Shown here piece after piece: positions 48,758-58,517 of a stretch of DNA of 64,000 bases. The stretch comes from an uncultured delta proteobacterium (lineage in GTDB: Bacteria > Desulfobacterota > Desulfobacteria > Desulfobacterales > JAFDCJ01), in assembly GCA_963769935.1 (NCBI GenBank), contig CAVYNY010000018.1, positions 96,001-160,000 of the forward strand. Direction: 5' to 3'. The first letter of the stretch is position 1. Every line of letters begins with the position of its first letter. Below the pieces are notes generated by a model that was not told where the DNA came from, made no database searches, and saw only the letters and a program-made list of their open reading frames with translations. The translations under genes were made by a program, and so were the position numbers.

Positions 48758-49705
48758 ATGAAAAAATTCATTGCACTGACAATATGCCTATTTGTGGCCA
48801 TGACCTTCGCTTCAAATGCTATTTCAAAAAGCTACAGCGGCAAGAAGGTTCTTTATATCGACTCTTACCACCAGGGATATGCCTGGAGCGACGGAATTGT
48901 GAAGGGTATTCAAAACAAGCTTAAGGATACCGGTGTTCAGTTGAAAACGATTTACCTTGACACCAAAAGAAATACAGGTGAGGATTTTAAAAAGACGGCC
49001 GCCATAAAAGCGCAGGCCGTGATCAACAATTTCAATCCGGATGTCGTCATCGCAGCCGATGACAATGCCTCAAAATATCTGATTAAACCGTATTATAAAG
49101 ATGCCGATCTGCCGTTTGTTTTCTGTGGGGTCAACTGGGATGCCAAGGTCTATGGCTATCCTTATAAGAATGTGACCGGAATGGTTGAGGTTACCCCGAT
49201 TCCAATCCTGATTGAACAGCTGGAGCTTTATGCGAAAGGAAACCGGATCGGATTTATCGGTCCTGATATTCTGACGGCCAGAAAGGAAGCTGAAAATTAT
49301 CGCAAGGTCTTCGGACTTGACCCCATCGAGTATTTTGCCAAAGACTACGAGGACTGGAAAAAGGGCTTCCTGAAGCTTCAAAAAGATGCCGACATGTTAA
49401 TCGTTGATAGTGACGGCGGCCTTTATGATGATCATAAGGCCGATTATGAAGATTTTGTGCTAAAAAATTCCCGAATTCCTTCGGGCACTTGCTACGATTT
49501 CATGGCCCCCGTGTCACTCATCGGCGTCGTGAAAGTGGCCGAGGAGCAGGGGTTTTGGGCCGCTGACGCGGCACTGCAGATCCTGGATGGGACTTCTCCG
49601 GCCAAAATACCGATCACCACGAATAAACGCGCGAAACTTTTTATTAACAAGAAGATCGGAGACGCAATGGGAATCGATCTGGCTCTATTTCCACGCATCC
49701 GGTAA
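48758..49705 (+). CDS. Orphan ABC-type substrate-binding protein
   Basis: Signal peptide; VLYIDSYHQGYAWS, ADDNA, FVFCGVN and EQG motifs; no permease adjacent. Confidence 0.8.
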   Translation: MKKFIALTICLFVAMTFASNAISKSYSGKKVLYIDSYHQGYAWSDGIVKGIQNKLKDTGVQLKTIYLDTKRNTGEDFKKTAAIKAQAVINNFNPDVVIAADDNASKYLIKPYYKDADLPFVFCGVNWDAKVYGYPYKNVTGMVEVTPIPILIEQLELYAKGNRIGFIGPDILTARKEAENYRKVFGLDPIEYFAKDYEDWKKGFLKLQKDADMLIVDSDGGLYDDHKADYEDFVLKNSRIPSGTCYDFMAPVSLIGVVKVAEEQGFWAADAALQILDGTSPAKIPITTNKRAKLFINKKIGDAMGIDLALFPRIR

Positions 49706-49925
49706 ACAGTTCCGGAGAAATTCAAACAGCGCGGCAGAGTAAAGAATCCTGGCCCAGAGGGGTGGTGATTGCTGCCAGAGAACCAATGGAATACTGGAAA
49801 AATGGAATATTGAAACTAGCGGATCAAAAGCGGATGGTAGTCTAATTTTATATAATGTTGGTACAAACCAGGGGCATCCACCTGAAGGTGCAATGCCCCT
49901 TTTTTTATTGACTGGACAATTGTCG

Positions 49926-51083
49926 TCAACCACCGACTTCTTCTTTGACACCCACTGCAATTTTAAACAAAGCGGTCAAAACAAAGAAGCCCAGCGCCCA
50001 GACCCCCAGCGCGATCATAATTTCCGGCGCGGTGGGAATGTAATCGGTGACTTCCTCCAGCGGCGACGGGGTAAACCCCCCGGCGATCATTCCAAAACCC
50101 TTGTCGATCCAGGTTCCCAAAAATATGACCACACAGGCCACCGCCAGGACGCCCTCATTTTTGCGGGTAAGCGGATTTACCGTCAGAATGATGCCCAGAA
50201 CCATCAAGGCCATGGATGACCACATCCAGGGAACATACGCCGTGTGGCCCTGCAAGCCGACAAACAGGTATTTAAGGTGGTCCATGTGCTCGGGGATATT
50301 GCTGTAAAAGGCGACAAACACTTCACACAGAAAGAAAAACACGTTGATGCAAATCGCATAGGCCACGATTTTGGCCAGCGATTGAATTTGTTCCCGCCCC
50401 GGATCAAAACTGCTCACCCGGCGGATAATCAGGCACAGCAAAATCAGCAGGGCCGGGCCGGCTGCAAAAGCAGAGGCCAGAAAGCGCGGCGCCAGAATCG
50501 CGGTCATCCAGAAGCCCCTGCCCGGCAGGCCGCAGTACAGATATGCCGTGACGGTGTGGATGCTGACGGCCCAGGGAATCGATATATAAATCAAAGGCTT
50601 CAGCCAGGCTTGATAGTGGACGCCGTTGCGTTCGGCTTCCAGCACGTTCCAACCGATGACGATGTTTAAAAACAAATAGCCGTTTAAGACGATGGTGTCC
50701 CAGAAAAGCACGGAGTGCAGGGTCGGATAAAGCCAGACATTTAAAATGCGCCTCGGCTGCCCGAGATCGACGACAACAAACGTCAGGCACATGAGAACCG
50801 AGGCAATGGCCAAAAATTCCCCTAAAATCGTTACCTTGCCGAAGGCTTTGTAGTCATGCAGGTAGTAAGGCAATACGACCATAACGCCTCCGGCGGCCAC
50901 CCCGACCAGAAAAGTAAAATTGGCAATATAAAATCCCCAGGAAGTGTTCCGGCTCATGCCGGTGATGCCCAGACCGAAATCGAGCTGCTTGAGGTAGAGG
51001 AGAAAGCCGACGCCGACAATGACCAATAAAAAGGCCATCCACCCATAGTATTTTTTGGTTCCTTTAATCGCTAATTCAAGCAT
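49926..51083 (-). CDS. dsrP: DsrP (NrfD/PsrC-family membrane subunit)
   Basis: GITGMSRNTSWGFYIANFTFLVGVAAG, VDLGQP and SIHTVTA motifs; operon context. Confidence 0.93.
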   Translation of the reverse strand: MLELAIKGTKKYYGWMAFLLVIVGVGFLLYLKQLDFGLGITGMSRNTSWGFYIANFTFLVGVAAGGVMVVLPYYLHDYKAFGKVTILGEFLAIASVLMCLTFVVVDLGQPRRILNVWLYPTLHSVLFWDTIVLNGYLFLNIVIGWNVLEAERNGVHYQAWLKPLIYISIPWAVSIHTVTAYLYCGLPGRGFWMTAILAPRFLASAFAAGPALLILLCLIIRRVSSFDPGREQIQSLAKIVAYAICINVFFFLCEVFVAFYSNIPEHMDHLKYLFVGLQGHTAYVPWMWSSMALMVLGIILTVNPLTRKNEGVLAVACVVIFLGTWIDKGFGMIAGGFTPSPLEEVTDYIPTAPEIMIALGVWALGFFVLTALFKIAVGVKEEVGG

Positions 51084-51090
51084 AATTACC

Positions 51091-51885
51091 TCACACGATA
51101 TAGTATACGGACGGCTCAGTGCCCAGATTCTGTTTACGCCGAATGGTGTAATTGGTTCGGATGAGTTCCCGCACCTTCGATTCCGGATCGTAAAGATCGC
51201 CGAAAGCGAGCTTTCCCTGCGAAGCTTCTACACAGGCCGGTAATTGACCGACCGCCAGTCGTTCGGCACAGAAATTACATTTTTCGACCACACCTTTGGT
51301 GCGGGTCGGAAATTTGGGATTGATTTCTTTGATAAACGGCCGCGGATCCCGGAAATTAAAGCTGCGGGCCCCGAACGGACAGGCGGCCATGCAAAACCGG
51401 CAGCCGATGCAGCGGTGAAAATCCATCATGACGATCCCGTCGGATTCCCGCTTGAAGGTCGCCTGGGTCGGACAGGCCCGCACACAGGGCGGATTTTCGC
51501 AGTGGTTGCACAGCACCAGAAACGGCTTTTGTTCGACGTCTTCACTTAAGAATTGGCCGCCTGCGCCCGGAAACGCATTGTGGTAATGGGTGCTCCAGAT
51601 CCACTTGATTTCATGGCGTTTGTCTTCAAAGTGAGGAACATTGTGCGTTTTATGGCAGGCTTCAATCAGTGGTTCCAGATCTTCTTCGGTCTCAAATTCC
51701 CGTGTATCTAGGACCATGGCCCATTGCTTGGCCGTTAGGGCGTCCGGGCCTCTCTCGATGATTGCTGCGGTTTTTTCGGCTTGCGCTTCTTCTTTGGCAA
51801 ACGCATTGTAAACGGGCTTGACCGTCAGAGCCAGAGACGAAAGTCCAAGCAACTGCAAAACGCGTCGTCTGCTGATATCCATCAC
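51091..51885 (-). CDS. dsrO: DsrO periplasmic Fe-S subunit
   Basis: Tat signal SRRR; CNHCENPPCVRACP, CIGCRFCMAACP and KCNFC motifs. Confidence 0.93.
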   Translation of the reverse strand: MMDISRRRVLQLLGLSSLALTVKPVYNAFAKEEAQAEKTAAIIERGPDALTAKQWAMVLDTREFETEEDLEPLIEACHKTHNVPHFEDKRHEIKWIWSTHYHNAFPGAGGQFLSEDVEQKPFLVLCNHCENPPCVRACPTQATFKRESDGIVMMDFHRCIGCRFCMAACPFGARSFNFRDPRPFIKEINPKFPTRTKGVVEKCNFCAERLAVGQLPACVEASQGKLAFGDLYDPESKVRELIRTNYTIRRKQNLGTEPSVYYIV

Positions 51886-52271
51886 GATTTCTCCTTCGGG
51901 TTTTCATTATGACAATCCCAGCAATAGGGCCGCACCGAGGCATAATTATGACACCGGTCGCAAAACTCGGCCTTGTTGGAGTGGCAATCCAAACAGGTGT
52001 TGGTCAGACTCATGGTGTATTTCCGGCCGCTGGGACTTACATAAATCCTGTCGCCTTGCCTTACCACCGCTTCCCGCCACAAATCCAGCAGCTGCATATG
52101 CTCGGCTTTCATGTACTCGGTAGAGCGCACGCATACCTTGGCAGCTTTTGCTTTTTCCGTCAGCTGCGGCACCGGTGCGGGAGCGGCTTTTCCCCGGTTG
52201 TACCAGAAGGGGAAGGTCGCGACAACGATGAAAATAATCACTCCGGCAACGATAAGTTTTTTATCCTTCAT
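51882..52271 (-). CDS. dsrJ: DsrJ triheme cytochrome c
   Basis: CLDCH, CDRCH, CWDCH and HMQLLDLWR motifs. Confidence 0.95.
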   Translation of the reverse strand: MKDKKLIVAGVIIFIVVATFPFWYNRGKAAPAPVPQLTEKAKAAKVCVRSTEYMKAEHMQLLDLWREAVVRQGDRIYVSPSGRKYTMSLTNTCLDCHSNKAEFCDRCHNYASVRPYCWDCHNENPKEKS

Positions 52272-53907
52272 CAGTTTCTTCCTCCGAATCACCCTCTAAT
52301 CCCGGAATATCTTCGCCACGCAGGTCGGTGGTTCTGTCATTTTGCCCGGTCAGATTCAGGGCATTGGCCACCAGCTCATGCACGCCGGTGACATTCACTT
52401 CGGGCACCCAGTATTCCATCAAGGACGGCAGTGCCGCGCGGTCAATGGCGCAGATGGTCGCCAGCATGTTCACGCCATGTTTTTCGTGTACATATTTGAC
52501 GGCATTGGCCCTGGGCAGTCCGCCGGTCAATCTCAGCTCTATGTCTTCGCCGGCATTCAATCCCGCTCCGCTGCCGCAGCAAAATGTCTGCTCGCGGATG
52601 GTGTTGGCCGGCATTTCATAAAAGTGTTTGCACACATTTTGGATCACATAGCGCGGTTCATCGAACAACCCCATGCCCCGGGCCGGATTGCAGGAGTCAT
52701 GGAAGGTTACTTTGAGATGATCGTTGCGGCTGGGATCCAGATCGAGTTTGCCGTGCTTGATCAAATCAGCGGTAAACTCGGCAATATGCACCATTTTGGT
52801 TGATTTGGCATTTTCGAATTTGGTGCCTGTTATGGGGCTTACCGGCTCTTCCATAAAGTCGGCCGGGCCGTTCATGGTATCCATATACTGGTTGATGACC
52901 CGCCACATGTGGCCGCACTCGCCTCCCAGAATCCACTTGACGCCCAGCCGTTTGGCCTCGGCATACATTTTGGAATTGAGCCGCTTCATGGTTTCGTGGG
53001 AGGTAAAAAATCCGAAGTTTCCGCCTTCGGATGCATACGTACTCCAGGTGATGTCAAAGCCGTATTTTTCCTGCAAAAAATGGAAAAGCATCATATAACC
53101 CATACAGGTGTAAGTGCCGGGATCGGCAAACACGTCCCCGGAAGGGGTAATGAATAAAATATCGGCACCCTTTTTGTTGAATTGCGGTTCCACCCGCACG
53201 CCGGTGATCTCTTCGATGTCATCGACGAAAAAGTCGAGCATGTCTTTAAAGGCATGCGGCTGGATACCCAGATGGTTGCCGGTGCGGTAGCAGTTGGCCA
53301 CCGGCGTCGCAATCCAGTCGATATTCAGACCGAGCAGATTCAACAACTCCCGGCCCATGATGGTAATCTCGGCCGTGTCGATCCCGTAGGGACAGAATAC
53401 CGAGCAGCGCCGGCACTCCGAACACTGGAACAGGTAGTACCACCACTCTTTGAGCACATCCAGCGTCATCGGCCGGGCGCCGTTGATTTTGCCCAGAATC
53501 TTGCCGACCCGGGTAAAATCATTGCGATAAACCGAGCGCAGCAGCTCGGCCCTGACCACCGGCATGTTTTTGGGATCACCGGTCCCGATAAAATAGTGGC
53601 ATTTGTCGGCACAGGCGCCGCAGCGCACACAAATATCCATGAAAACCTTAAACGATCGAAATCGTTCCAGCCGCTCTCTGAAACCGTTGTGGATGATCTC
53701 CTGCCAGTTTTCGGGCAGCTTCCAGTCGTCTTCGACCGGATTCCAGGCTCTGGCATTGGGAAGCCCGACATATTCAACGCTTTTCGGATTCGATGCGTAG
53801 CAGTACATCCCTTTGCGGATGTTGACCGGCGTTTGCATCCAGTCCGTGTTCGGCGGTCGGTGGTCGATCTGGATAAGTTCTTCGGGTTTGGGTATTACGT
53901 CTGCCAT
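52261..53907 (-). CDS. dsrK: DsrK (HdrD-like catalytic subunit)
   Basis: CVRCGACADKC, CSECRRCSVFCP, GECGH, HDSC and CCG motifs. Confidence 0.96.
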   Translation of the reverse strand: MADVIPKPEELIQIDHRPPNTDWMQTPVNIRKGMYCYASNPKSVEYVGLPNARAWNPVEDDWKLPENWQEIIHNGFRERLERFRSFKVFMDICVRCGACADKCHYFIGTGDPKNMPVVRAELLRSVYRNDFTRVGKILGKINGARPMTLDVLKEWWYYLFQCSECRRCSVFCPYGIDTAEITIMGRELLNLLGLNIDWIATPVANCYRTGNHLGIQPHAFKDMLDFFVDDIEEITGVRVEPQFNKKGADILFITPSGDVFADPGTYTCMGYMMLFHFLQEKYGFDITWSTYASEGGNFGFFTSHETMKRLNSKMYAEAKRLGVKWILGGECGHMWRVINQYMDTMNGPADFMEEPVSPITGTKFENAKSTKMVHIAEFTADLIKHGKLDLDPSRNDHLKVTFHDSCNPARGMGLFDEPRYVIQNVCKHFYEMPANTIREQTFCCGSGAGLNAGEDIELRLTGGLPRANAVKYVHEKHGVNMLATICAIDRAALPSLMEYWVPEVNVTGVHELVANALNLTGQNDRTTDLRGEDIPGLEGDSEEETDEG

Positions 53908-53917
53908 AATTTGCTCC

Positions 53918-54994
53918 TTATTCTTCCGCCGGCGTTTCTTCTTCCGCCGGATCTGCAGCAGGGACTTCCTCGGGCATCTTTACAACAGGCAGCCCGGCCT
54001 CTATCATTTTATCTCTGAATTCATCTTCATATTCTTCGTAAGTGTGGACCGGGACCGGATAATTCCAGGGATTCACGTGCCGGTTGGCCCGGGTGTCCGT
54101 CGTCAGGTTGCGGGTCGGACTCAAAAAGATGCCCCCCAGGTGCATCAATTTGCTGAAGGGGAAGTATGCCAGCAAAGTGCTCACGAATAAAAGATGGATA
54201 TAAAAAACAGCCCCGACCCCTGCGGGAATGGTGGGATGAAAAGTAACCAGCCCCATGGTGAGTTCCTTGGCGGCGGTGACATCGATTTTAGCCACGTAGC
54301 GCATGAGAATGCCGGTCAGCGCAATGCCGAATATCAAAAACAGCGGGAAATAATCGCTGGCCAGGGAGATATATCTGACCTGGCGGATAAAAAGCCGTCT
54401 TGAAAACAGATACGCGGCGGCAGCCAGCAGCACGAAACCGGATAAATAGACCTCCGGCAGGCCGAACTGGATGCTGGGATACAGGATTTCAAATCGGAAA
54501 AAACTGTCCACATTTTCAACCAGGGTGACGAAAAAAGGCACCGGATCCGTAAAAAGCCGCAGGTGGCGTATCAGAACCGTCAGGAAGGCGTAATGGAAGG
54601 CCAATGCCCCCACCCACAAAAAAATCTCCAGCTGATAGGACAATTTCGAGCCTTCCTTTAATCGCATGCGCGTATTGCGAAACAGGGACCGGAAGGTCAA
54701 TATTTCCAGAGCCATGCGTGCAACCACCTGCCATCTGGTGGCGGGGCAGTCCAGCCGGGAATGTTTAATCCAGGGCAGCGATTTCTGCTGGCCGCCGGTG
54801 GTGGGAATTTGAAAAGGGACTGCCGAACGCGACCAACCGACGACTTTGTAGGCAAAACCCACCAGGAATGTGAGCAATGCCAGGTAAGGAATGATAATTC
54901 CGAAAACAACCTGCAGTCCTATCGCCGTACCCGCCCACGCAATTAAAAAAAGCACGATAACCGCAATGAGTGAAAACATGTACCTTGCATTCAT
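53918..54994 (-). CDS. dsrM: DsrM (NarI-like cytochrome b)
   Basis: PFQIPTTGGQQKSLPWI, FRSLFRN, AFH, RH and YFPFSKLMHLGG motifs. Confidence 0.95.
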   Translation of the reverse strand: MNARYMFSLIAVIVLFLIAWAGTAIGLQVVFGIIIPYLALLTFLVGFAYKVVGWSRSAVPFQIPTTGGQQKSLPWIKHSRLDCPATRWQVVARMALEILTFRSLFRNTRMRLKEGSKLSYQLEIFLWVGALAFHYAFLTVLIRHLRLFTDPVPFFVTLVENVDSFFRFEILYPSIQFGLPEVYLSGFVLLAAAAYLFSRRLFIRQVRYISLASDYFPLFLIFGIALTGILMRYVAKIDVTAAKELTMGLVTFHPTIPAGVGAVFYIHLLFVSTLLAYFPFSKLMHLGGIFLSPTRNLTTDTRANRHVNPWNYPVPVHTYEEYEDEFRDKMIEAGLPVVKMPEEVPAADPAEEETPAEE

Positions 54995-55273
54995 TGGCCA
55001 GAACCTCACGTGAAGACTTCCGATAATCAAATCCGATCTATCCTGGAAGCCTCAATCTATAAATTAAGTCCACGAATATGCCGCCGTAAATCTTCGCTGC
55101 GTTCCGGCGGCCTGCGAACGGCTGCGAAAAAATGAAGAAAATCGGTAGATTTTAAATATTTTCAAATGCAAATTGTCGTGATTAAGGAATCTAGCTAATC
55201 CTTGAGATTCAATATAGCGGAGCAAAGCGACCTCCACAAATCGTCAATTTTCAATCGTTGCAATATTCATTCC

Positions 55274-55792
55274 TTAGGGTCCTTCTGCTGTCTCCGAAAT
55301 CAAACCGGCTCGCTCAAAGGCTCTAAGTGTCCGATTTTTTGTCTCGTTGGCACTGATTTGAAATATCTTTTCCCTGCATTGCATATATATATCAAACGCC
55401 ATCAAACAAAGCTGGTCGATTTTAGACTCGACAATGACCAATTCGGAGGCAATTCGACTGTCACGAAGCTCTTTTGCCAGATTCTCTCGCAGAATCTTTT
55501 TTAAAGAAAGGATGAATGCGGTGGCTTGCGAAGGGGTGAAATTTTGTACGGCCCGAATCCGGATGATCGGATCCAGATGGGAGGTGATGGTTTCAGGATC
55601 CATGCCGTGTATAAGTTGATCCAGCAGTACCCTGAGACCGGTCAGCATGGCGCCGCCAACCGGGTTGGCAAACGGATCGGTTTTGCGTTGGAGAAATTCG
55701 GCGGTATCCGGGGCATAGGTCTGGGCGGTTAATTCAAACCATTTTTTTTCCAGCACCGATTGCTTCCGTTCCAATATTTTGTTCAAACTCAT
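55274..55792 (-). CDS. dsrT: DsrT (RsbRD N-terminal-like protein)
   Basis: DPFANPVG, IIRIRAVQNFTPSQA and AFDIYMQCRE motifs; directly upstream of dsrM. Confidence 0.88.
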   Translation of the reverse strand: MSLNKILERKQSVLEKKWFELTAQTYAPDTAEFLQRKTDPFANPVGGAMLTGLRVLLDQLIHGMDPETITSHLDPIIRIRAVQNFTPSQATAFILSLKKILRENLAKELRDSRIASELVIVESKIDQLCLMAFDIYMQCREKIFQISANETKNRTLRAFERAGLISETAEGP

Positions 55793-55884
55793 TACTCATA
55801 AAAACTCCCGCCAGACCTGATCGTTGATACGATACCGCCGCGCGTTACCCTGCTAAGGGTTTGTTGATCAGGCCGAAAGGCATA

Positions 55885-55913
55885 CGTATAGACGACTTGA
55901 TTTTATCTGTCAA
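55885..55913 (-). promoter_or_regulatory. Candidate sigma70 promoter of dsrT-dsrMKJOP
   Basis: TTGACA-N17-TATACG; CTTGA-N9-TCAAG palindrome overlaps the -35 box. Confidence 0.55.
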
Positions 55914-55930
55914 GGGTAAATGGGGAGAAT

Positions 55931-56149
55931 AAAATCCCAAATTTCAAATGCCAAATCACAAATAATTCCCAAATTACAATATCCAATGACCGAAACCTTG
56001 CCCTCCGACATAACGCTTCCCAAAACCCGATCCTCCGATGTTGACAATACCGGGAATAAATGCCGACCGATCATTGATCATTTGTTTTGGATTTTGAATT
56101 TAGGTCATTGGGATTTGTTTGAGATTTGACATTTGGTGTTTGGAATTTT
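55931..56149. repeat. Inverted-arm 7-nt periodic element, copy 2 (opposite orientation to 3256-3498)
   Basis: cccaaattacaatatccaatgaccgaaacc is close to the reverse complement of the copy-1 right arm; ttttgaatttaggtcattg matches the reverse complement of the copy-1 left arm. Confidence 0.8.
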
Positions 56150-56239
56150 GATTATTCCATCAGGCGGGCAATTTTGGATATAACGACATAAAAAACCGAG
56201 AATTTTGCGCATAGAAGAACACAGCGCCGGCTCGACCTT

Positions 56240-57391
56240 TTAGGCGACGATACCCAGCAAGAGCGCCTGATCATCATCAGCGGGGTGCCCGCCGGCAAAC
56301 TTTTTGAGATCCGCCATAATCGCGGCGATAACTTCCCGGGGCTCCGCGGCACCCGCGATGGCAAGCGGCTGGAGCAGACGCTCCTCACCGTAAGATTCGC
56401 CGTCTGCATTGAATCGTTCGGTAAGTCCGTCGGTATATATGAGAAAACGGTCTCCGGGCTCGAGTTTGGTTTCCACCACTGGAATCTCGATATCAAAGGG
56501 TTCAATTCCCAATGGATAAACACCGGAACAGTCTAATTCGAACGCCTTTTTCTCCGCTGAACGGTAGATCATCGGCAACGGCTGACCGGCCCGGGCAATC
56601 CGCATTGTCTGAAGTTTGGCATCGTAAACCGCATAGAGGGCCGTCATAAAACTGGGATCGGCAACCTTGCACAGATGCTGGTTGAGATAAAGCAATACGG
56701 CAGCCGGATCGTCGGGAATATCCGGATAGGCTCTGAAAAGCGCACATGTCATGGCCATCAGGACCGCTGCCGGAGCACTGTGACCCTCGGCGTCGGCAAT
56801 TAAAAAACCCCAGCGATTTTCAGATATTTCGACGATGTCATAATAATCCCCGCCGGCATAACGGCTGGTTTCGTAGTGAGCGGCCAGTTTGAATCCGGCA
56901 ATGACCGGCAGCTGTTTTGGCAGGAGCTTACGCTGAACATCGGAAACCACTTCCAGTTCATGCTCGAGCTGATCTTTTTTGATCTCGACCTCACGTTTAA
57001 GCCGATGAATGGTCAGGTGGGTATTGACCCGGGCGATCACCTCGTCGGGCTGAAAGGGTTTTGTAATATAGTCGACGGCGCCCAGATGAAATCCTTTTAC
57101 TTTGTCTTCGGTATCACCAAGGGCGGAGAGAAAAATCACCGGGATGTCCGCCGTGGCATGATTCGATTTTAATTTGCGGCAAACCTCATATCCATCAATA
57201 TCGGGCATCATGATATCAAGCAAGATCAGATCGGGCAGTGCCTTGCCGGCAATGGAGAGCGCGCCTTGTCCGTTTTTGGCAATCAGGAGCTTGCATCCGG
57301 CGCCCTCAAGGGTCTGAAAAAGAATCTGCAGGTTCGTCGGATTGTCGTCAACCAGCAATATGGATTCGGTAGCTGAGTTATTGTTTCCCAT
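56240..57391 (-). CDS. Response regulator + PP2C/SpoIIE phosphatase (RsbU/RsbP-like)
   Basis: REC; GGDYYD, IADAEGH, YTDGLTE and DDQA motifs. Confidence 0.93.
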   Translation of the reverse strand: MGNNNSATESILLVDDNPTNLQILFQTLEGAGCKLLIAKNGQGALSIAGKALPDLILLDIMMPDIDGYEVCRKLKSNHATADIPVIFLSALGDTEDKVKGFHLGAVDYITKPFQPDEVIARVNTHLTIHRLKREVEIKKDQLEHELEVVSDVQRKLLPKQLPVIAGFKLAAHYETSRYAGGDYYDIVEISENRWGFLIADAEGHSAPAAVLMAMTCALFRAYPDIPDDPAAVLLYLNQHLCKVADPSFMTALYAVYDAKLQTMRIARAGQPLPMIYRSAEKKAFELDCSGVYPLGIEPFDIEIPVVETKLEPGDRFLIYTDGLTERFNADGESYGEERLLQPLAIAGAAEPREVIAAIMADLKKFAGGHPADDDQALLLGIVA

Positions 57392-57465
57392 CCCGTAGAC
57401 CCTCGCTGCAACGCGCCCGACCTCCCTGGGTAAACCGGCCCGGCACGAAATGACGCCGTTTAATG

Positions 57466-57801
57466 TTATGAAAGAACCTTTAATCCTGCTTCAACGGATT
57501 CAGCAATCGGAATCAGAGACTGGAAACCACTGACTTCAAAAATTTCCCTTACAAATTCATTCAGGGAGCAGAGAACAATTTTACCATCCCGGCGTCTCAT
57601 TTCTTTGGTAGCACTCAGCAGAACTCTGAGCCCGGCACTGCTGAGATATTCCAAGGCGGCTAAATTAAACAATACACGGTTGCATGACCCCGCAAGGGCT
57701 TCCTTGACTACCTTTTCGGCTTCTGGAGCAGAATCTGCGTCCAATCGTCCTTTGATAGAAATAGAGACAACCCCGTTTTCCTCTTTCTGCGTAATTTCCA
57801 T
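57466..57801 (-). CDS. STAS-domain anti-sigma factor antagonist (RsbV-like)
   Basis: GRLD, YLSSAGLRVLL and EIFEVSGF motifs. Confidence 0.93.
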   Translation of the reverse strand: MEITQKEENGVVSISIKGRLDADSAPEAEKVVKEALAGSCNRVLFNLAALEYLSSAGLRVLLSATKEMRRRDGKIVLCSLNEFVREIFEVSGFQSLIPIAESVEAGLKVLS

Positions 57802-58039
57802 AGCCCGATCCTTTGTTGAACGAATAGTTAGTTTCTTGCTTTTTTCTTGATTAAATTTAGTATTAATAAATCATTTGTCACCTTAAATCAATATTGATTT
57901 TTTGACATGCGGATTCGAGAGATAATCTGCAAGCCGAGACAATTCCGACAATCTACAACCCTGAAAGCGCTATTTTTCAGGGCGGATTCATGCAGATGAA
58001 TTAAATTGCAAATCGGCCGCTTAAAGAGTAAACTTGACC

Positions 58040-58354
58040 ATGTTCTTTTTTATTGGCGGAATAACACCGAAAACTCGGAAATTAGACGAAAACCCTCGCC
58101 GGTGTCCCGACTGCGGCCTTTTCCAGGCCTATCAGATGCGGGTCGATCATTATCTTAATTTATTTTTCATCCCCGTTCTGAGAGTAAAAAAAGGCGAACC
58201 GTTCATCATGTGTGAACGCTGCCATAAGGTCACCAATGAATTCACCCGGGACTTTTCGCCGTATCGGGAAGAAACCGGGCTTTTGTGTAAATATTGCGGC
58301 AACCCGATACACAAAGGGTTTTTCTACTGTCCCTACTGCGGTAAAAAGCTATAA
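58040..58354 (+). CDS. Zinc-ribbon domain protein
   Basis: CPDC, LFFIP, CERC, CKYC and CPYC motifs. Confidence 0.8.
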   Translation: MFFFIGGITPKTRKLDENPRRCPDCGLFQAYQMRVDHYLNLFFIPVLRVKKGEPFIMCERCHKVTNEFTRDFSPYREETGLLCKYCGNPIHKGFFYCPYCGKKL

Positions 58355-58517
58355 GGCCGGTTGAAAGGTTCAGGGTTGAAATAATCTTACAAGGTTATAG
58401 CATGGTTTATCCTAAATTTATGAAGCTGTTTCGTCCAAAAGGAGTTTGTGGGGTATTGCGGGTCTTGATCGATTTGAAAAACGGGGCCCTCAGTTTTAGC
58501 CTTTGGCCCCTGAACCG

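Noticed and set aside
55920..56129. ORFs translated from repeat elements (also 3161-3355, 3444-3836, 4712-5089, 17935-18126, 33110-33505, 62726-62944)
   Set aside because: They are low-complexity translations of periodic non-coding repeats.
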